Assembly: GCF_009914755.1 (NCBI RefSeq)
Contig: NC_060931.1
Direction: 5' to 3' (one strand)
Source of the DNA: the human T2T-CHM13v2.0 reference genome, Homo sapiens
DNA length: 64,000 nucleotides
Shown here one piece after another: positions 55,978 through 64,000 of this stretch. The notes below the pieces were generated by a model. It saw only the letters and a program-made list of their open reading frames with translations. It ran no database searches and was not told where the DNA came from. Within the stretch, counting starts at the first letter, position 1; every line of letters starts with the position of its first letter. A program made the translations under genes and the position numbers.

Positions 55978-58900
55978 CACCATAGCTTAACTAAGGAAGG
56001 TTGGGGACAGTCAAGGGAGTTCTAATGAGACTTTTTTTTTCCTCTTCAACAACAACAAAAGGTCTAAATCCTGATTCCTTCATATAGAAAGCTGCCATTT
56101 ATTTGGGAGTTTGAATCACCTGCTTTTTAATCACATTTCAATGTTGTTCAATGATGGTGCAACAGTGAAAATATTTAACATGAATTTTCTAAAGATTCAG
56201 ACTACATTCTGATGGAAGAAGAAGTACTCAGTAACTCTATATATAAAAAAAGATTTCAGTATTTTACAATTCAACACAACTAACTCCCCATATAACAACA
56301 AACTGTCAAAAATAAATTTCTCACTCAAGCTGAGAGCAAATGAAAGGAAGACAGCAAGAAGCAGTAGCTGCAGGAATGAAACTGATTTATTATTTCACAA
56401 ACAGAACACTTCAGGAAGCAATATGAGCTGATAGTGATTCCTCTGATATTTGGGTGGTTTTTGTCTTGCAGAGTAGCCAATGTGGAAATGGCAAGTTTTA
56501 GGAATGGAAACTGTACCAAACTTGATGTCTGTTGTTGTTATTTGTTGTTAATTTCTGTAAAATGATAGCGGAAGTTAAACAAAGACCAGATATGAATATT
56601 TTGGAAGGAAAGAAAAAGTTTCCATAGTTCATCAATACTCAGTTTTTACTTTGGAGGTATCTCAGAGTACAAGACTGAAAGAAAACAATTGTTTCAGAGA
56701 GAGAGAGGAGAGAGAAGGCCCAACTTATTATGTTGGACATAGTAAGGCTTTGCAGGGGAAAAGTGTATTCATTTTAGAGATTTTGGACGCTGAATTAAAA
56801 TGTGGTACAGTTATTGAGGCTAGTTTTCATTCTAAATAAATGGTTCACTTTAGTGAAACTGTATTTAGAATCAGGTCATAACTTTTTTTTTTCCACTTGA
56901 TTGCTTCATATATCCTTAAGAGATATCATATGGACAATTGATGAAACATATTTACCCCAGATGGCAATATTAAACTCCTTACTCAAGTGCCAGGTGTCAG
57001 GTTTTACATGACACAGAGTTATACTCACATTTACTAAAGGGGCTAGAAATACAAAGTAGAAAGAACATTTTGTGTTCTTCCCCTCCTGGAAAATGTCCAT
57101 TTTAGCTTCTCTATTTTACTTTCTCCCCCATCTGATTGTAGGAGTCCATTCTGATATATGGGCAATAAAGGAATTAATTAATAATGGACTTCATAATAAT
57201 GTCTAATCCTCAGCCTAGTGGGACAGCTTTTCAAACTCCTGATTGCTTCACCAGGCTCTCTGTGTAAGTGAAAGAACACTTCAGATCCTCACCAGGCTTT
57301 GGAAATGGGGACATTTACCCGGATGATTAATCCTCAGGGCCTTAGCAAGCCTCAAAGAAGGTTGCTGGGATGATATTTGCTTGCTCACATCTCCTCAACT
57401 TTGGCTCTAATGTTGTATTATTCTAATAATTTCTATGTTCTTTTGATTTTTCATGGTTTCTACCTGCTGTTTACATGGTGCAATTGTTTGACTCACCATC
57501 CCCCACTTCTCGATCCTCCCCCCTCCCTTTTTACTCACTCCTTTGATTTTCACTTAATGATTTTTTCGTGGCAGGTGATGGGCGAACCCGCAACTAGAAC
57601 ACTTGCCCCAGCTTTGTCCAGGAGTTCCTTTTAAATCTGGTATTGGGAGTTCTTCCCGAAGTTAGCAACTTCAACATTGAAGACAGGTCATTCATTTTAT
57701 GACAGCTGCTGAACAATATTTTACCCTGAGGCTTTGTTCAGAAGCTCCATGTCCCAAGGACTGTCCCTTCTTCTATCCAGTATTTCCTAGATGGTGTTTT
57801 GTGAGCCACAACTCAAGGTGCATTTGGGCATTTCTGATGTTAACACAAACCTCACACACATTCGTCCTATATTTTTAATAGTAAATTCTGTAATTACCTT
57901 CTTAATTATAGATTCAGTGCTAGCTAAATAAGAATGTGCTATATTTATTGAGAAAATAATATTGAGAGGGATAGTGTCTATAAAAACAAGCATATGGCCA
58001 ATAATAATTTGGGAAAAGCTGAAAAGCTTCCTTTTCCTTATTTTTTTTTATTGTAGTATATCTGCAGTAAAACCAGGGAAGGGAAGCAAAGAACTAGATA
58101 TATGTATCATAAATTCTTTGTCTTAATTTCACCTCCTAGAAAGCAATCAATAGTATAGATTTGTTTTTTAAAGGACTTTTTTTTTTTTGCATGTGGGATG
58201 ATGATTGAGTTCAAGGATGCTGAAATAATCATGTAACATTATGTATCTATAATTATATTAGCATATGTATTATACTTTTTGATTTTGTTTTGTCTTTTTA
58301 ATAAAGTGGATATGAAGCTCTGACTAAAAAAATAAAAACATTTGTTGAGATTTCTATGATTCTTCGTGTCAGGCACCATTTTTCTACTGTGTTTTCAGGA
58401 AACTTCAGAAGATGGCAAACTAAGCATATAACTGACCGACTTGGCTATAACCGAAGCATGACAAAACTTATCTCTAGGATAAGCATGTTTTCTCTATTAC
58501 AGTGCCACATTCAAGGAAGGCTGTGGCAGTCCTAGTCCTTGCCTGGTAGTTTTAGATTACTTTAGGTCAGACACAAAGGCAAAGGGATTTGACCAGGCAG
58601 TGTGAAGACATCAACCAAGGGACTTCATGCTGAACAGAAATAGAGAAAGAGGTAAGCATGGCTTTTTCCTACTCCAAAACTTGGGCTCAAACTTTGCTCC
58701 TGTAAGTGTGTGGATTTGGCCCACTGATGCTGAAATTCAGTTAGCTGTAGGGCAGAACATGGCAGTGGTTGTATAAAACTTCACAGGGTCATGCAGTAAT
58801 CCTTGATGTAGTGAAGAAAAGAGGCAGAAGAAGCAATACTTAGAGATGATCTAAGCATTTTGCAAGTGGAAACACGCTGCATTCCAAGGGACAATCTGTA

Positions 58901-59299
58901 AGGGCTGATATAATCAAGACTTTCATTTACTTGCATTTTCCTTTCCATCAATTACCATGTGATTATATAACATCCTCTGTGTACCAGCTGGAATATAAAA
59001 GATACATTTCTCTGAAGAGATTATCTTATGGTTGACAAAGGAAGAATTACATTCTAATACATTAATGGAGAAAGATAAAAATTAGATATCAAGTTTTAGA
59101 TTATGGAGTAAAGATTTAGAGAAAGAAGGAGTCTGCAGTCTTTGAGAATTTGGGTATGAATGTGCATGTGCTGAGGTCAGTACAGAGATGTGTGGGGGGC
59201 ATGAATCCCGTGAAATTGTTATCAATAATTTGGAGGTAGAGATGTATATTTCTTATGCACGTTTTTCTGGCAAAGAAGATCCATAATTTTCTTTTTCTC

Positions 59300-59562
59300 T
59301 CTTTATTTATTTTTAAATTTCCAAATGAAAATTGTATATACTACAATTATATCTGTCACATACAACATATTTTGAAATATATATACATTGTGGAATGACT
59401 AAATTGAACTAATTAACATATGAATTTTCTTACATACTTATCTTTTTTTGTGTGGTAAGAACACTTAAAATCTACTCTCTTAACAGTTTTCAAGAATGCA
59501 ATACATTTAACTATAGTCACCATGTTGCACAACAGAGTTCTAGAACTTATGTCTTCTACCTG
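59300..59562 (-). mobile_element. L1MA-type 3' end inserted in a MER103-like remnant
   Basis: tatatacattgtggaatgactaaat...gtggtaagaacacttaaaatctactctctt; flanks ccataattttct / ccacaattttct. Confidence 0.8.
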
Positions 59563-61351
59563 CGACCCACAATTTTCTAATTCAAATTCAAAAAGTGATC
59601 TATGTGAAAACAGTTAAGATTCAATTATTGTTTTACAGCCACTATTTTTAATGAAAAAAATTGAATCAATCATTGGGAAGAAGAGATTTTTTTAATTCCA
59701 CAAATGAAGAGGTACATTTTCTCATTTTATTTTAAAAATTATCTGGTATTTCAGAAAACATTTATATAGGCATGGAGTATTAAGCATAATGTAAACTATA
59801 GTTGTCAGGATTAAATGAGGTATTCGATAAATACGAGCTCTATTTCTAACCGCCTGTGTCTGCCTTTTTGTACCAATTATCATCTAATATTTCTATATGT
59901 GTTTTTTCATTTTAGTCAGTGCCCTCTTGTACATAGTCAAGCCATGCTTAATGGAATTTGGCTAACAGGTTGATTGGCTGACTGAAAACTGAATAACTAA
60001 TTTTATTACTTGGATTGACAAATCATCCTATGCCTACATCCCTTCTGAAGCCAGCCTTATCTCTCTAACTCAGTTTGCTGGTCATTTAACCTGTTCCTAT
60101 GTAAGAAGCAGAGATGGTAAATTGATATGAAGGGTCATTGTAAATGACAGGTAGAAATATTTAAACTTATTGCGCAGAGCCCTCTTATTGATCCTCCTTT
60201 CTCTACCCAAATGTTATTTAATCAGTGAATCCATTTAAAATAAATATCAAAGGCATTTTGAAAAAGAAAAGTCAGTCATATGTGATAGCCTGTGGAGTAC
60301 ATATGTGAAAGGTAGAGTGTTCTCCTGATTGTATTGTCTTGGATGACGGCATTGTGTTATAATTTTAAAAGCCTTGGAAAGTTTAATTCCTTCTTCTATA
60401 TCTCATGTGATACTGGTTAACTCCCTACACCAGTACCCAGCTAACCATATTATAGAGTTCCCCAAATATTGGTCTGGGGGAAATTGTGGCTGTAAGAAAA
60501 ATTTAGGCTGTGTTCCGACACAGTTGGTTTTATTCTCTTCAAATATACGAAATAACAATTATCCATGAATCATGGAAGGAAACATTTTTCCTAATAGCAA
60601 CAGTCAAAACCTACTGAAAGTTGCCTGAAAATATGGGGAAAAAACCTGCTAAAACTTAGATAAAAGCTGTGCAAACCTTATAAAATGAACCTCACACCCC
60701 ATACTCATAATTATGCCATAGTTTTAAATATTTAAAATTTCTGGGAAATTACAGAATATTAAATGGGGCACTTGCAAACTTTGGTGCTTTTACTATCCTT
60801 GCTGATGCACTGGTTAGACTGAAAATAATAGATTGTGGAAAAGTGGACTCTAATCCAAGAGAAAAATTTATTTGTCTGGGCAAAGTTTAGTCACAGCAAG
60901 CATATGACCCCTTCAAAGGAAAGCATAGTCATAAGATATAGGGGTGACTCCTATTCTGCATAGATGGAACAATTACTATGTCAACATAAAGCTGTGGCAC
61001 TTGAAGACCTCAAGCGGTATGAGACACACTAAATGCATAGGAGAGAGACAGAAATAAAAAACAGAGGGTACAAAACAATGTAAAAAGTTCAGTTTATTAT
61101 ATTAATGATAGTGGTTTCTTCCAAATGGAAAGAGTTTAAGTTATACAAGTAGATAGAGATAATATATGTACGTTAAACATGTTAGTATGACAATACACCT
61201 TTACAAAATGAAACAAATCAGAAACAGTTCTGCAAATCCAATCCAGAGTCTGAGCTGTCCTTTCTTTGCGGACTGGTATTAATCTTTTTACTAGTGAGAA
61301 CTAGTCTAAGCTTTGTCCTATTTAGATTGCAAGAATCAAAATAGCAGTGAC

Positions 61352-61700
<349 letters not shown>

Positions 61701-62129
61701 TTAGTTACCTAATATCATGAGAAATAGTCAGATGATTTTATGCAATTTGTGTAATTCTTCCCAAATGACTAAGCAAGACTTAGTCTCCCACTTAGTAATG
61801 GGGACTCATGAACATTAGTTTTATGGTAAAATAGAAAGTGTAGGGGCTGAGGTACCAACATTTAATATAGGATAATAAATAAATGTGAAATCAAGTCTTG
61901 GGAGGATAATAAATAAAGAAGTAGCAACCTAGAAACTAACAGTTATAGATAATTCAGTGAAATTGTTGTGTCGTAAGTCTGCAAAAGTGTCAGAAGCAGC
62001 CATGCTAATTATCACTACAAATCAGACTTTTCTCTCTTAATTGTAGAGACAGACCTAATGCTTATGAATAAATGTTTGGATATATAAATAAAATGTTCCA
62101 AAATTTTAATTTAATTGAATTAATGAATG

Positions 62130-62418
62130 AATTAATTTAGGAGATAGTGTCTCACTTTGTCACTCAAGCTGGAGTGCAGTGATGTGATCATAGCTCACTG
62201 CAGCCTCGAACTCCTGGGCTCAAGTGATCCTTCCGTCTCAGCCTCCTGAGTAGTTGGGACAATTGGCATGTGCCACCAGGCCTAGCTAATTTTTATTTTT
62301 AGAGATACGGTCTTGCTATCTTGCCCAGGTTGGTCTCCAGTTCCTGGCCTCAAGCAATCCTTCTGTGTCAGCCTTCAAAAGTGCTATGATTACAGGCCTA
62401 AGTCACCATGCCCAGCCC
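62130..62418 (-). mobile_element. AluJ-type element
   Basis: gatcatagctcactgcagcctcgaactcctgggctcaagtgatcc. Confidence 0.92.
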
Positions 62419-62834
62419 ATAATTTTAGATAATAGAACTAATTGTCTCACTTTTGGTCACAAAGAGGAAGAACCATGGACATGTACAGCCACTGTGAAAA
62501 AATAATTTAGCAGAAAGAAGCACAGTGGACTGTGCAGGTGAGTATGTGGTGACAGTGAAAAGATTTTTGTTTTGTTTTTGTGAGTGATTTATTTAGAGCC
62601 TTGTTTTATGTGTTGAATATTGACAAATAACTTTACTCCTGGTAGGAGATGGGGTTGGGGGAGGGAGGAATCATTTTTATGAATTCAGATATCTTTAACA
62701 GTGTTTTAAAAATAAATTATATGTATTTTCATCTGAGAATGAATGATAGCATATTTTGGGAAGAAGTTAGGCAAATAAAAGAATGGGATGGGAAGAAAAA
62801 GAAATCAAAGAGTGAGGGAAAGAGAAGAATTTAA

Positions 62835-63060
62835 TCGTGCTGAGTGCTGTGGTGAGGGCATGGATTTAGGAATCTGTTTTTGAGTTAATGCTCTGCTCTT
62901 CTCTAGTTGTCACTTTCTTTCACTGAACCTTGGTTTCCTCTTTTATAAAATGAAGAATGTTATTATGTAATTCATGGAATTGTTAATAATGAATGATACA
63001 TAACATATGCAAAGTACCTTGTATAGACTCTGGCACATAAAAATGCTCCCTAAGTGGCAG
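62835..63060 (+). mobile_element. MIR
   Basis: ctgaaccttggtttcctcttttataaaatg...tctggcacataaaaatgctc. Confidence 0.65.
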
Positions 63061-63799
63061 ATCTTCTACCTGTATTGCTTTCATAATATGAAAAGACTTG
63101 CTGCTTCTAAGTGGATTTTATGGCCCAGTGGTCTAGCTAGTTCATGTATTTTCTCTGATCTATGGGAAAATGCCTCTTTCCTGCGGTAGGGTAATACAAA
63201 TTGAGTTGATCACATTTCCTCCTGCACAGAAACCTTATGCTCATATGTCATTATTATGAAAATATAGAAATAGAATTGCTGATAGTGACTGTTTCTAAAA
63301 TAGTTAATATCTTTATTTAGTTTTGCAGATTAAAAAAATTTTGCCCTCCTGTGTTGTTATTTTAACTTCAAATAGGTAAAATGAATAGAGATGGTTTAAT
63401 AAAATTTTGATATTTTGGATGCTGTCTATAAATCTAATGTGCTTATTTGGTCCATCTTTCTTCATTTTACATCGAGGGATAGGCACTTCTACTCTTTACT
63501 AGGTTCAGACTGCTTATTTTAAAAGCTAAATTTTCTATCTCTACAATAGGAAAGAAAGGAAGTGAAGATACTTCATAGGAAATAAATGTAGTGAAGCCAC
63601 TCATTTTTTCCTATTGTAGAGAAAGAGTCAAAGTGACTTCTCATTTTAGAATAACTAGAGATCTACTTTATAACGAGTAAAGAATAGAATATCTCTCTTC
63701 GAATTAAAAAAATTTATTCCATAGTTTGTTTTAGCAAACCCTAGCTTAAATGTCTTAAATAACACAATTTTTTTATTTTTTTAAGGCTTAATTAATATA

Positions 63800-64000
63800 A
63801 TTTTATATAATTTTTATTTTTAATTTATTTGAGTACACAGTAGATTTATCGATCTCTGAAGTATATGAGATATTTTGATACAGGCATAAAAATGCATAAT
63901 AATCACATCAGGGTAAATGAGTATAAGTTAGCTCAAGGATTTATCCTTTCTTTGTATTACAAATAATCCGATTATACTCTTAGTTATTTTAAAATGTACA
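63800..64000 (-). mobile_element. L1MA-type 3' end, continues beyond the window
   Basis: tgagatattttgatacaggcat...ataatcacatcagggtaaatg...ttatactcttagttattttaaaatgtaca. Confidence 0.85.

Overview
Repeat-rich, AT-rich, CpG-poor primate genomic DNA. It is very likely human, because it carries an Alu matching the human-specific AluYg6 subfamily as I recall its diagnostics. Almost all ORFs in the supplied track are chance or repeat-derived. The one supportable gene model is a compact two-exon, minus-strand 115-aa ORF (34704-34600 + 34422-34180) with a canonical GT-AG intron and an AATAAA just after the stop. From memory this is C7orf66 (LINC02903, chr7q31.1); that identification is unverified. 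The rest is nested transposable elements: Alus, L1, L2, MIR, MaLR/ERVL LTRs and Tigger/MER DNA transposons. These include a structurally complete non-autonomous ERV1 provirus (HUERS-P2/LTR1-like, 24058-28665) with both LTRs, CTAA target-site duplication (TSD), tRNA-Pro primer-binding site, decayed gag, no pro/pol, an env tail and a polypurine tract. The most unusual sequence-level observation is a locally templated ~85-bp inverted insertion inside an L1. No tRNA, rRNA, snRNA or CRISPR features were seen. I found no evidence for a new multi-gene biological system. Repeat subfamily names come from recalled consensus sequences and need RepeatMasker/Dfam confirmation.
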